The notes: generated by a model not told the origin, from the letters alone. A stretch of DNA of 64,000 bases from Gracilinanus agilis (GCF_016433145.1 NC_058134.1:4437395-4501394), one strand, 5' to 3'; positions 1 through 12,350 are shown, counted from the stretch's first letter. Made by a program: numbers and translations.

Positions 1-110
1 GAGAAGGAAGGGGGAGAAGGAAGGGGGAGAAGGAAGGGGGAGAAGGAAGGGGGAGAAGGAAGGGGGAGAAGGAAGGGGGAGAAGGAAGGGGGGGAAGGAA
101 GGGGGAGAGT
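1..110. repeat. Polypurine tandem repeat, unit GAGAAGGAAGGGG (13 bp), about 8 copies, cut by the window edge
   Basis: Read directly from the sequence. Confidence 0.95.
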
Positions 111-151
111 GTCTTCACAGTCATGAATTTAGCCAAAAGGACCATTTAGAG

Positions 152-352
152 CAGTGATGGGCCAACTTCTTAAAGAGGGGCCAAAGGAAAGGAAATGCTT
201 CTCTGTCAGTCTGTTTCTAAGGCAGCTCTTTCGAAGTTTCACTGTATTGTATCCTACTCATTGTATTTGTCAGATCAGGAATAATGTTGTGGCTGCATAG
301 AACATTTCAGGGGGCCACATCTGGCCCACAGGCTGTAGTTTGCCCATCACTG
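152..352. mobile_element. hAT/Charlie-type MITE, family A (~200 bp)
   Basis: TIRs CAGTGATGGGC(C)AACT ... AGTTTGCCCATCACTG. 8-bp flanks atttagag/gtttaggg fit the Charlie-type NTNTANAN target. A second copy lies at 18701-18904. Confidence 0.88.
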
Positions 353-495
353 GTTTAGGGGAATTAAAAGGACAGAATCACCAGCAAGAAAGATGCCAAT
401 AATAGAGTCTCAGCAAAACACTTCTCAGGGTAGAAACCCGGAAAACAGTCTGTCCTGTAAAGACAGAGGTTTTAAGAAAGACTAATCTTTTAATT

Positions 496-912
496 GGGCA
501 GCTGGGTGGCTCAGTGGATTGAGAGCCAGGCCTAGAGACTGGAGGTCCTAGGTTCAAGTCCGGCCTCGGACACTTCCAGCTGTGTGACCTTGGGCAAGTC
601 ACTTGACCCCTATCGCCCACCCTTACCACTCCTGGGCCAAGGACAGTCCCTAGCCCGGATGAAAAAGGAGGAGGGTTGGGCGTGGGGCTAGCAACCCCAC
701 CCTGTAAAAACTACATCTGCTAAAGAAACTGCAACCTAAAGTAGGGGCAGCTGGGTAGCTCAGTGGATTGAGAGCCAGGCCTAGAGACAAAAGGTCCTGG
801 GTTCAAGTCCGGCCTCAGACACTTCCCAGCTGGGTGACCCTGAGCGACTGTGTGACCCATTACCTACTGGTTGTGGCCCTATGCTCCTAGAATGGAGTCC
901 CAGGATAAAAAA
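496..912 (+). mobile_element. Composite SINE: SINE1-like monomer + RTE-5'UTR-like core + second SINE1-like monomer + A tail
   Basis: Two tRNA-like heads with A/B boxes (496, 742). Central GTCCCTAGCCCGGATGAAAAAGGAGGAGGGTTGGGCGTGGGGCTAGCAACCCCACCCTGTAAAAAC. One TSD around the whole unit: aatcttttaattg (484-496) / aatctttttaattg (913-926). Confidence 0.8.
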
Positions 913-1156
913 AATCTTTTAATTGCTATATATTAGACATAGTTATTGGCTTTAAATTCACAGAATCAGGTAACCAACAAGGATTTATTAAGTGCCCACC
1001 AAGTGCCAGGTCCTGGGATTAAAGGACAGACGGATGCTTGTTGGCCTTGAGAAACTTGCATTCTGTTAGGAGATGACAAGAACATAAATGAGGTATGGGA
1101 AGAGTGAAGATCAGAAAAGGCTCCATGGAGAAGGTGGCCTTTGTCTTTGCTCTATC

Positions 1157-1340
1157 TTTTCCCCACACCCTTACCTTCTGTATTAGAATCAATACTGTGT
1201 ATCAGCTCCAAGGGCTAGGCAATGGGAGTTAAGTGACTTGCCCAGGGTCACACAGTTAAGATGTGTCTAAGACCACATTTCAACCTAGGATGTCCTCATC
1301 TCTGGGCCTGGCCCAATCCAGTGAGCCACTCAGACGTCCC
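1157..1340 (-). mobile_element. Older MAR1/SINE1-related SINE
   Basis: Core gttaagtgacttgcccagggtcacacag with a diverged tRNA-like head in reverse orientation. Confidence 0.75.
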
Positions 1341-1379
1341 CTTTTTATATTTTCCTTGTTCTTTTTTGACCTTTGTCTT

Positions 1380-1590
1380 TTTTTTTAAACTCTTACCTTC
1401 TGTCTTGGAGCCAATGCTGTGTATTGGCTCCACGGCAGAAGAGTGGTAAGGGTAGGCCAGAAGAGTGGTAAGGGGGTCAAGTGACTTGCCCAGGGTCACC
1501 CAGCTGGGAAGTGTCTGAGGCCAGATTTGAACCTAGGACCTCCCGTCTCTAGGCCTGGCTCTCAATCCACTGAGCTACCCAGCTGCCCCC
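1380..1590 (-). mobile_element. SINE1-type element with a 16-bp TSD and an internal duplication
   Basis: TSD ttttgacctttgtctt (1364-1379 / 1591-1606). cagaagagtggtaaggg occurs twice inside the element. Confidence 0.9.
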
Positions 1591-2607
1591 TTTTGACCTT
1601 TGTCTTGAAGGATACTAAGAGCTGGGGTGAGGGGGCACATTCTAGGTAAAGAGGACCACTAGTGTCAAGAAAGACATTGAGAAGGCAGATGGAGAGTTCT
1701 GTGTAAGGAATGGCAAGAAGGCAAGTTTGAACAGCTCATAGTGTCCCTGGAGGGGAGCAGTATAGAATAAGGAAGCAGATCAGGGCCAGATTGGGAAGAA
1801 CTTCAGTGCCAAGTAGAGGGATAGATTGAGATCAGGTTGTGGAGGGCATTAAGAGCTAAATAGAAGAGTTTTTCCATTTTAACCTATGCGCAATAGGAAG
1901 CTACTGGAATTGCTTTTAGTAGAGGAGTCTCATAGTCATAAGTGAACTGCAAGAAAATGAGTTTGACAGCAATGTGTGGGATGTACCTAAGGTTGTGCGT
2001 GGGGCTGGGGACGGAAGGCAGAGACATCGATGGGACAAAGGGAGAGCTGAGGAAGGGGAGAGAAGGGGCCCGATGTGAGACAGGTTCAAGATACGCAGAG
2101 CAAAATGGAGTGAATGACTGGATATGTGGGTTGAAAAAGGACGAAGAGACCAGATCCAGGATAACGTCAAGATCAGGAACTGGGGCCCAGAAGCACGTCG
2201 CCAGGCAGAGGAAGTTTGGAAGATGAGATGGTTTAGGGGGAAAGAAAGCGAGTTCAGCTTTAGGAATGTGCCATTTAAAATACCTTCAGGAAATCCAGTT
2301 TGGTAAGTCTAAGAGGAAGTTGGTGATTTGGGACTGAAATGCGGCGGCGTTCCATAGGAGTCACCATTCCTTTTTCACAGATGAGTGAACATCGACTCAG
2401 AGAAGGTCCCCGGCTAGATTTACACAACTAGTGTCAGAGCTGCAGTCTGATCCTATGCTCGCTCTCCTTTACCATGATTTCTCTCAAAAAGGAAGAAGCA
2501 TCTCCTCCTCTAGTTTTATGAAATTTGCATTTGGGCATCCACTTATACAAATATGTGTTGGGAAAGAGAAAAATCTCTTTAAAAGATGGACAGATTGCCA
2601 ATTGGAA

Positions 2608-2740
2608 CACTCTCTCTCCTCTCTGTCTCTTTCTCTCTCTCTGTCTGTCTCTCTGTGTCTGTCTGTCTCTCCCCCCCCCTCTGTGTCTCTCAACTCTTTT
2701 CTCTCTTTCTCCATCACTCTTCCCCTCTCCTTTCTCTCTT
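2608..2740. repeat. CT-rich low-complexity tract
   Basis: Imperfect (CT)n/(CTGT)n. Confidence 0.9.
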
Positions 2741-3701
2741 TACTCTCAAAGGCAGGAGAGTTCCACTGTATGCCCAAGTGCTCTGGGGGGTAATTAGAAT
2801 TTCCAAAAAGAGATTATGTGTTAACCAGAAACTTGATTTTTACATGAAAGCTTTGAAATCCCAACTCAAGGGAGAGAAAGCCAAGCAGTTCCCACACTTG
2901 AATAGGGAATAAGAGCCAGATTAGGGGTCGACAGACCAGAGATCTCACGTACACCCTTTCAATATCCGAGGCAAAGAGAGACAGTTACTGCTGTATGTTT
3001 ATGGAAGAGAATCGGAATCAGCATTAGACGAAGGCCTCATAGGATGGAGGCCAATGAAGAAAGTGGCCAGCCTGACAATGAGGAAATAGCACCTTCCAGG
3101 TTGATTCCTATGGGGCAAGTATTCCATTAGGAGACACAGTAAGTCTTTGAGTTAGAGATTGCATTCTGTTATCTGTCTTTTCTTCCAGGAATGTCTATAC
3201 ATGAGCAGAATCAGTGCATGCTGGATCTGGTCACTGCTACTGACATAGTGTCAAGGAAAAAGCTTGAAAATATTCCCTAATTCCAAATCTCCTTCAGTGA
3301 GAGAAGTAAAAAGAAAAAAGGACGAGATAACGAGATGACAGCGTTTGCCCCGAGTTATCAACATGGAAGGCTGTGTTCATGGGATAGCGAAGTCCTGTTT
3401 TCCAGGTCCTTATAATCTCTTCTGATTAATAGCTCTCATTCACCAATTTACAAATACCAATGACCAGCTGCACATTTCTCTCTTGCCATTTTCGTGTTTG
3501 CCATGAACGACAACCTGTAGCAGGTATTTAGTAAAACATTTGGTGTCAAATGGATATTTCCAAAACGCAGATCTGACTATGTCACTCGGCACCTTGAAAA
3601 GCTTTATTGCCATTTCTATAAAATAGAAATAAAACAGAAAGCCCTCTTCAGTCTCCCATTTCCCTGACCCTCCTATCGAGTCCATGCCAATCCTTCTAGA
3701 T

Positions 3702-3895
3702 CAGGGGTTCCCGAACTTTTTTGGCCTCCTGCCCCCTTTCCAGAAAAAAATATTCCTTAGCCCCCTGGAAATTAATTTTTAAAAAAATTTTAATAGCAAT
3801 TAATAGGAAAGATCAATGCCCCTGTGGCCATCACCACTCCCTGGATCGCTGCAGCACCCACCAGGGGGCGGTGGCGCCCACTTTGGGAATCACTG
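3702..3895 (-). mobile_element. hAT/Charlie-type MITE, family B, short form (194 bp)
   Basis: Ends CAGGGGTTCCCGAACTTT ... ACTTTGGGAATCACTG, TSD ttctagat/atctagat. It is the reverse complement of both ends of the 29110-29598 element. Confidence 0.9.
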
Positions 3896-4211
3896 ATCTA
3901 GATTAATTTCATATTACCTTTCTCCATACAGTCTCTGTTTTAATTAAGCTGGTTTGCTAGTGACTTCTGTTAAATGATATTCCATCTCCAAAATCTGTGT
4001 CTGTCTTTGAGTTTGTGTGTTTGTGAGGGAGAGCAGCATGTCTGGAATGTACCCCTTCTTCATCTTTAGCTCTCGCAATGGTTAATGCCCCTTAAAGCCC
4101 TTCCGGAGCCCCTTCCTACACAGGCCTTTTCTCTCCTTCCACAAAGCACCTTGAACGGATTAGATGCTTAATAAATATCGAATGGAAATGAGTTGTCTTT
4201 TAAGCTTTCTT

Positions 4212-4235
4212 CACACACACACACACACACACACA
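4212..4235. repeat. (CA)n microsatellite
   Basis: Read directly from the sequence. Confidence 0.95.
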
Positions 4236-4877
4236 TCCCTACAAGAAAAAGTCGCACTGCAAAGTTCTTTCCCTGCCAAGTGTAATACTTATATCTCTTA
4301 GGGAAGCTCAGAGTTGTAAGTTTTGCTGTTGTCTTGGTGCTGGAAGAGGGTCAGAACTACTGAGCAGCAAATTGGAATCACTCTGAGGTGCATCTATTCC
4401 AAAAGTCAGTGAGAAGAAAGAGCAACCTGGAGGATTTGCAGCATCCCCAAGTCAGCCTCTGTTTCTGACAGAAGCTGGGCCCCCCATAAAGAAAAGCAGT
4501 GTCATTCTGGGCGCTCTGGAGATGATTCAGAAGGCACCCAGGGCACTGGTAACTGAGGGAAAAACAACAAAGCAAATGACTGTGAAATGTAGAAATTCAG
4601 CTCCCATCTTCCCCAATGCATGGCTTCCCTCCCAACAATTTGTCTACATAATTAGTTTAATTATCTCTTAATTCAATGATGGTGGTCTTTGTCCTTTAAG
4701 AAATCTGGAAAAAAAATAGCTCTTTTTCCCTGGAGACAGTCGTGAAGAGGTTTCTTGAACTGCAAAGCAGAATGTTTGGAGAAATATCATGGAACTAAAA
4801 AAATCAGTACTTTTATTTTCTCCTACTAATCTTGTTTTATGTTTTGTTTTGTTTTTCCTTAAATGCCATTTATTTTT

Positions 4878-5056
4878 TTTAAACCCTTGTACTTCGGTGT
4901 ATTGTTTTATAGGTGGAAGATTGGTAAGGGTGGGCAATGGGGGTCAAGTGACTTGCCCAGGGTCACACAGCTGGGAAGTGTCCGAGGCCAGCTTTGAACC
5001 TAGGACCTCCCGTCTCTAGGCCTGGCTCTCAATCCACTGAGCTACCCAGCTGCCCC
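4878..5056 (-). mobile_element. SINE1-type element, full length, young
   Basis: TSD atgccatttattttt on both sides. Intact head (agctacccagctgcccc on +) with retained CpGs. Confidence 0.92.
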
Positions 5057-6689
5057 GATGCCATTTATTTTTAACAAGGCATAATCACTTCCACTCCTTC
5101 CCTCTGGTTTGCTACACTGGAATTTCTCAGTATCTCTGTCATCATTGGATTGTCATCCCTAAACAAAGACATTTTTCTCCTACTAATCTTGTAAAAGATA
5201 GTGTTTCCATTTTGGGCACCAAGTGGAGTAAATTCAATAGCCAGGCTGTGGTAGAGTTTTAATGAAGGTCACTGGTGATGTAGGGGAAGTGGAAACTCCC
5301 CTGACTTAACAAAGAGGCTTGCTAGGGACCTTTATAGGTTCAGAAATGCATTCGCCGGCTTGGGGAGGGGCAAGATGATCCAAGAAAAGATTCAAACACT
5401 AATTGCTGTGTGAAACCATATCTATCGATTTATCTCTTAACATCCATCTACCCCCTCTACCCAAGTATTATGGAATCACCCCAGATGACCTACCAGAAAT
5501 CCAGAAACCAGAAACTTTGTGAACTAACATGAAAAAGCCCTCTGCGATCCTTGGCTTCTCTGTTTTAATAAGCAGATTTGCTTCAGGTTTCTTTTTAGCA
5601 ACTACTATTAGCTTCTAAGTATATTCAAGTGAATATCCAGGTAGTCAACTTTTAATTGTCTTCCTGATGAAGTTGAGTTAACACTCAAAAGGAATAGATG
5701 ATGACAATAGTGGTGATTTGATTCTAGTCTCTTTCTTGTCCCTGATTTGTGGTACATTCCCCCACATCCCTCTGCACTCTGACAATCCACGGACACGGAG
5801 CTCTTCGCTATTCTTCAGATAACACACTCCATCTCCCAGTTCTAGGCATTTTCACTGGCTATCCTTCAGACATGGCATGCTCTCCCTCTTCATGTCTGAT
5901 TCCTGGCTTTCCTGGCTTCCTTCAAGTGTCAGTGGAAATTCCACAGGGATTTTCTATGGGAAGCTTTTCCCAACCCCTCTTAATTCTCATGTCTTTCCTC
6001 TGTTGATGGTCTCCTATTTACGCTGTCTATAGCTTGTTTGTACACAGCCAATCCTCAACATTCTCATATTTAAGTTTTGTGCAAATTCACGGCTATGTAC
6101 AGGAGAGAAAAAATAAGAGGCTTGATACATGCAAGTTTGTGAAGTGGCTTATGTCCGACTGGGTGCTTCATTGGTTTTGCTCGCCCTATGGGTGCTCCTT
6201 GGGTATTTGTTGAATATTTTCATTGCCTGCCTTTAAAACTGAGTTTAAAGTTTTGAATTGCAATTATGCCCTCAAAAATAGTGCAAGTCCTTTGGGCTGT
6301 AAGCCCAAGTGAGCAAAGTCAATGATGAAGCTTAGTGTGAAAATAAAGGTGTTAAATAAACTTTGTGCTGGAACATCAGCAGCTGCTGTCAGCCACGAGT
6401 TGGGTGTTAAGAAATTGATGATTCATTACATCCATAAAAAGGAGGAAAATTTCATGAATCTACTACAGAAAGTGCTAACATAACTTCTCAAGTGCCCAAG
6501 GAAGGAATTTAAAAATTGGAAAAGGGGCTGCTAAGTTTGTGGGCAAAGCAGTTAAAGATTTTGGTGGTCACAGGAACCTATCCCGCTCTTCCCCATAGGT
6601 TCAATATATCAGCATTTGCATTTTTGACTTTTGTACCATTTTTCAGAAATTTTACCCCCATGAAAGTTGAGGATTGACTGTAGTTTTTG

Positions 6690-6815
6690 TTGTTGTCTCC
6701 TCTGTTAGCTTGTAAATTCCTTGAGGGCAGGAACTGATATTTGCCCTTTCTTTGTATCGCCATTACTTTGAGCAGTAGCGCACAGTAGGTTCTTCCTAAA
6801 TATTTATTGACTGAC
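6690..6815 (+). mobile_element. L2 3' end fragment
   Basis: tgtaaattccttgagggcaggaact...cacagtaggttcttcctaaatatttattgactgact. Confidence 0.7.
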
Positions 6816-7329
6816 TAATATATTTCTCACTGGTTTGAGACAACTTTCAATCCACCCAGGTGACTATATTGTATAGGAGAATGATTCCACTTTGGCCTTT
6901 TCAGCTCATCAAATAAAACTCCACTTTTTGACAACTAATATAATTTTGTACTTGATAAACATCAATAACATAGGACCAAACTCACTTATCAGTTGAGTAT
7001 GAAAATAGCAGCTAATCATATTTTAGTTTAATGATTCATTGTCAGAAATAATCTCTTATGAACACATACACACATTCTTTAGGGAAATAACTTAATTAGG
7101 ATTGTTGTAAAGTCTTCCAGGGAGATCATCTAAGATAACTGAGTTGCCTGTCCACTACTCACATCTGGGCTAAATAAAAAATGATCTCCTGAAGCCTATC
7201 AAAATGATAGTAGCCATTAAACTGCCATCTCTTTAGAGTCAACTGATTAGGATTATAAGAGTAAGACTCAGAAAATTCATGAATCTTCACAGCTGGAAGG
7301 AACGAAGGAAGGACATCTCTGATGTCCTT

Positions 7330-7870
7330 GAAATATAGTCATTCAGCCTTTACTGGAAGGAAACTAGTAAAGGGGAACCCATATCCTGTCCATGCCACTT
7401 TGGGACCTCTCCCCAGTTGGAAAGCTTCCATATTATCAAGGCTAAAGTTGTCTCTTTATAACTTCCATCCAAAGTTCCTGCCTCTGCTCTCTAGGGGGAT
7501 GTAGAGTCTTATATCCCCCTTCCTCGTGCTAGCACTTCAGATCGTTGACCAGAGCTATCATTATCCATCAACTCCCTCCTCTCCCCTCATTCATCCTATC
7601 TCCTCTCCAGGTGAAATCTTCCCAATTCTCTCACCTGATATCACTATACTATCAGCCCCAGACTATTTGGTTTCCTAATCGCCCTCATCTTGAGCTTTCT
7701 GGCTTGCCAATCTCCTTCCTAGAATATGGTACCCTGGTCTGACCAGAATGCTCCAAATGTGGTCTGAGCAGTTCAGAGGACTAGGGGACTATTGTTTTCT
7801 TGGTTTCCAGACATTATGCATTTCATACTTAAGGTCTCATCAGCTTTTGGGGGGCTGCCATGTGACAATG
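7330..7870 (-). mobile_element. L3/CR1 LINE fragment
   Basis: Reverse-strand CR1-type motifs (tcctctccagg, ctccaaatgtggtctgagcag, aacttccatccaaagttcctg). Confidence 0.6.
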
Positions 7871-9975
7871 TAAAAATGAGAGATTAGTAGATTGAAAAAA
7901 GTATCATGGACCCCAAAGTTCCCCTAACCATTGCACAAGTCACCTTTAAATAACTCCAAGTGCTATTGTCTATCTCTATTTTCATCTTGAGTGTCTTCCT
8001 AGCCCCGGAGATCTAGGATAATTACAATATGTAAGTTTTTTGATGTACTAAAATCATGTTCAAACTCAGGACTCAGCATATTTTTTATCTATGAAATATA
8101 TAACTGACTTTTTAAAATAAAGAAAGAAACCTGCATGTTTAAGATTTTGAAATAAGAGAGAAATGCAGCTGAAAGGGGGAACTTCTGAGCCCAGCTTGCC
8201 ACCCCAGGCCTCAGTGGCAGGAAGAATGGGTCAGGGAGAACCCTGCCCATCCAGAAACCTGACCCTGGAGAAGTTCACCCAATGAAACCCACCTAAGGAA
8301 TAGAGGAAATGGTGTTTCCCTGAGTCAGTCAGCCTTGTCCGTCTTCACAGCAGAAATCTGGGTTATTGAGGACCAAGATCAATGTCTAGCCTCAATACAG
8401 ACCCATGTGGACACTTTCACTGGGCCCAAACTTCTGAGTCTTAGCAAAATCTTCTTTCCCTTTTAATTGATGAATGTATTAAAGTTGTCTTTAAAATGCC
8501 ACTACCAAGAAAGTAAAGGCGACAGTTCCTTTGAAAAGCTAAAGAAAGTGAAATGGGGGAGCATAAGGAGCTTTCTACATGGAGTTTGGCTTCCCCTCGG
8601 TAATGAGCCTCTGGACCCAAAGAATCCTGGGATGTGAGGATCGAAAGGGCCCAGGGGCTAGCCAGACCGCCCAGCTCACTTGACAGATGAGCATTTCGAT
8701 AATTCTGAAGGCCACCTCATGTGTGGCTAACCACAACGCTGGGCTCTGGGATGCGCTCTACACACACTTGGCAGCCCCATTAGTGAGCCTGGAAACAGGA
8801 AGACGTGTATCTCCATTGATATTGCTGTCATCAATCAGGCTTCGCATCATGTAGATACAGCTTGGACTTGGCACAGAGGAAAAATACAGACAGTCATAGT
8901 GTTTTCTCCCTCCAGATAATTATTTTTAGATGTGAAATGCGGTGCCATCTGTCATATGTGCAGGGCAAACAGATGAAGCAAAAGACAGTAGAGAAACTTC
9001 TCTAAGGACATAAAATTCATTAGGTAACTTAAAATATTTAATAACGCAGAGCTGGTGAAGAAAACTGTTTTGCTTTCTGAAAAGGCAACTGACATGAAAG
9101 TGTTGAGTGTAAGGAAATAGAGATAATTAAAAGAAAATGAGAGAGGGGGGAGGGAGGCTGGGAAGAGCACAAAAAGAGCCATTTAGGGCAAGGTTTTCAC
9201 TGGATCCTTCCTGGATTCCCTTGTTTCCTTTAAGACTCATCTCAAGAGTTGCATGAAACCTTTCCAAACACCTCAGCAATTGCTGTGCTCCCCCTCCCAA
9301 AATCACCTGGGATTTTTGTGTGTATCTTCTGTACCCACTTAATTATGGCACATGCCACCTGGATGCCAATCCCCTGCGGGCAGAGGCTATTTTCCGGCTT
9401 AGTTGGATCTCCAGTTCTTAGCACGGTGCCTTTTACATAGTAGGGGTTCAAGAAATGCTTGTTGCGTTGGGCTGACTTAAATGAACTCATCTCTCTCACT
9501 ATCTTGAGATGTCATCATTCTCTAAGTAGCTTTCATCTCATTGGCTTCTTGCCACAGTGCTACACTCAGGCCTGAGACAAGTCTCTGGGCCTGGCAGAGC
9601 ACAGCTTGCTGAGCACTTCCTGAATTCTGGGCTCGGCGCCTCTCTTAATGGAGTTCATCGTGGAGTTCCGTTTCTTGGCTGCCGTGACTCAATAGTATTC
9701 ACTTGGAGCTTGTCATTCGGTAAAACTCTAGTGTCAAGGTTTCTGTGAGTCACAAGAGGCCTTTGAAGTCATCTAGTCCTACATATGTCTGACATACCTA
9801 ACTGGAGGCCATCCCACTTTCATGTAAGGACCTAAAATGAGGGTTTCCAACACTCCTTGAGCCCATTTGAACTCTCTCCATGGTCTCGTTTCCTCTTTCC
9901 TAACCATGCTGATCTAGTTCCTCTGGTCACTGTCTAACTTATCTAAGTATCAATATGGTTTTCACATTAATTTTT

Positions 9976-10101
9976 TTTTTATTTTAAACCCTTAAGTTCT
10001 GTGTTTTGACTTATAGGTGGAAGAGTGGTAAAGGTAGGCAATGGGGGTCAAGTGACTTGCCCAGGGTCACACAGCTGGGAAGTGTCTGAGGCCGGATTTG
10101 A
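9976..10101 (-). mobile_element. 5'-truncated SINE1-type element
   Basis: TSD ttcacattaattttt (9961-9975 / 10102-10116). The element stops within the B-box region. Confidence 0.9.
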
Positions 10102-11429
10102 TTCACATTAATTTTTGATTGGAGTGGCAGCCTTTACATTTTATACTGCTACTATCTTGTTTGGGGGTGGGGGTTCTCCCCCAGGATGGACAAAGGCTAG
10201 GTTCTCTTTAGAGTTGAATATGGGTCCCTCAACTCCATTCTCAAGATCTCATAGGACCTTTCTTCCAGGTCGAGCAGATCATTCCGTCCCTGACTTTTAT
10301 GTTTATGGGAATACACAGAAGAATTGGATACTTTTTGGCCAGAATTCCTGAGGGCTATTTCATGAGCTCACATTGGATGAACCTCCTATAGTGAACTTAT
10401 GAGAAGATCTGGTCAAGGGTGAGGATGATCTCCAAGATGGCCGGCATCTATATACTGCTATCTGCATAACTGAAGGGAAGACCGACATCAAGGAGAGCAC
10501 AAATCCATTAAACTTAAGGCATTCTGGAGACTTTGCAGCAACAATTATGTAATTCAAAAGATAGTCATAGGCATGTCCTACATATACATGCAAACTTAAA
10601 AGAGATATTCACAGCCAGACAAGCATCGTCTGGAGGAGGTGTTGAGAATGTTTCTTTGCCTAAAATCCAGAAGGATGACTGTTCATGCTGCCTCCAGCTT
10701 GTAGCCCATATTCCTCCTGTTTTGAGGACAGTGGATGGAGAGCACAGTGAATAGGGTCCTAGATCTATCACTTAGAATCCCAAAATATCAGAGCTAGGAA
10801 GATCCTGAGAGACCATCCTGAGCCACTCCTTATATTCCAGTTGAAGAATCTGAGGTTTTGAGAAATAATGACATCAGAGTTTACAGAGCAAATTAGTGGC
10901 AGAATGTGAGCTTGGATGAGCTAATTTACCACTTTAGATGTTTATTTTCAACTTTGTAAGTGAGGAGGCTATTTGATATGGTCTCAAAGGGTTTTCAAAT
11001 ACATTTTCTCAATAAATCCTTATGGAAACTCCATGATACAGACATGGGATTTACTAGAACAATTGTATACAATTTGCTAAATAGATAAGGTACCTGCAAG
11101 ATGATGACCTTGTTTTATGGAACCCCAAAATTTGCCTTTGTCCCTTGGGAACTTGCCTTTGGGGAAGTTACAGACTGACCCTTGTCTTTGATTGAACAAT
11201 AAACCTTCTTGAGCTCTCACTCAATGAGCATCCTGTGGTCAACTTATGAGAAGATATGATCAAGGGCAAGGATGGTCTCCAAGATTGGCAAACCCAATGA
11301 TCTCATCCTAGATAGAAGTTTATCCCATTATATCTAAGCCTCTACAAGGTAGTCCACCTCCTGACTGGAATCCTCCTTCCCTTGTCTCCATTTAAGTCAA
11401 TCAATTATCTTTCCTTTCCTTTATTCCCC

Positions 11430-12350
11430 AAAAGATATATAAAACCCCAAGTTCTTTAGTTCATGGGGAAAATCCCCTTTTGGGGTACATTTTCCTGGAG
11501 ACAGTGTTCCCAGAGTCCCAGAGCTGGTCTCTGTGTAGTGGCCCTTAGGACTTTCACTGAAGTAACAGGGAAGGTGCGTGCTAAGGATGAAAAGAAAGAA
11601 ACAAGAGCCGTGGACATGGGTGTTAATCAATGAGTTTTTAAGGCAATACCTTTGATTTGCCCCAGTGTGAGGCATGGAGGAAATGCTGTGTTTGATCAGT
11701 GACATGGATAGTGGTGATAATCATAATGATCATTCAGATCATAGAGTTCATTCTCATATTGAGCTTTTCATATTTCATATTTTCCAGAATATCCAGAAAA
11801 TTTCCATTTTCATATTTTCATATTTCCAGAACACTTTCTTACAACAACTTCTGAGTTAAGTTTTAAGTATTGGTTTAAGTATTATTATCATCATTTTAGG
11901 TCTGGGTCAGAGATTCTGCCCAGTCTACTGCTTTTTGTATTTTCTTTGTTCTTGGGAATGCCAAGGAATGTCTTCCTTTTTTTTTTTTTTAACAGAATTT
12001 GGTTAATAAATGAAGGGGAGAAAGGTTTTTTCCCTGTGGACATGTTCCTTATGATGTCAGTTTGGGGACTAATAAATAGTTTAATGGACCACCTTTTACT
12101 TAGGTATTGGCCAATTAAAGATATCTTGGGGATGTTCAAGGGAGGGATTGAATAATCAGCTCCTAAAACTATTTAGCTGCATGGCCCAGTTTCCCAGTTG
12201 TCCCTGGTTAGTAGAGACAACCATGGAGACCCGTATCTCTTTATTGGTTAAAAAACTGGCTTAACCAATAAATGGATATACAGAATAAATTTATAATCTT
12301 AACCAAAATTCAGATTCTCAATAATTTTAATTTTTTAATTCTAATTGTTA
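11430..12350 (-). mobile_element. Possible LTR/ERV-derived segment
   Basis: The minus strand begins with an AT-rich LTR-U3-like run (aattagaattaaaaaattaaaattattgagaatctg) and contains CCAAT boxes. Ends and TSD not resolved. Confidence 0.35.

Larger units (their letters stand above)
965..2335 (-). mobile_element. Old L2 LINE 3' region, interrupted by two SINEs
   Basis: L2 3'-end motif in reverse (caacaaggatttattaagtgcccacc...gtgccagg) followed by degraded purine-rich L2 body. Confidence 0.6.

Noticed and set aside
496-845. tRNA genes suggested by A/B boxes
   Set aside because: These are tRNA-derived SINE heads continuing into SINE bodies, with no cloverleaf or anticodon arm. The same applies to all SINE1/MIR copies.
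2431-2912. Cluster of 90-120-aa ORFs (SLSLSL / RERERE)
   Set aside because: Translations of a CT-rich microsatellite.
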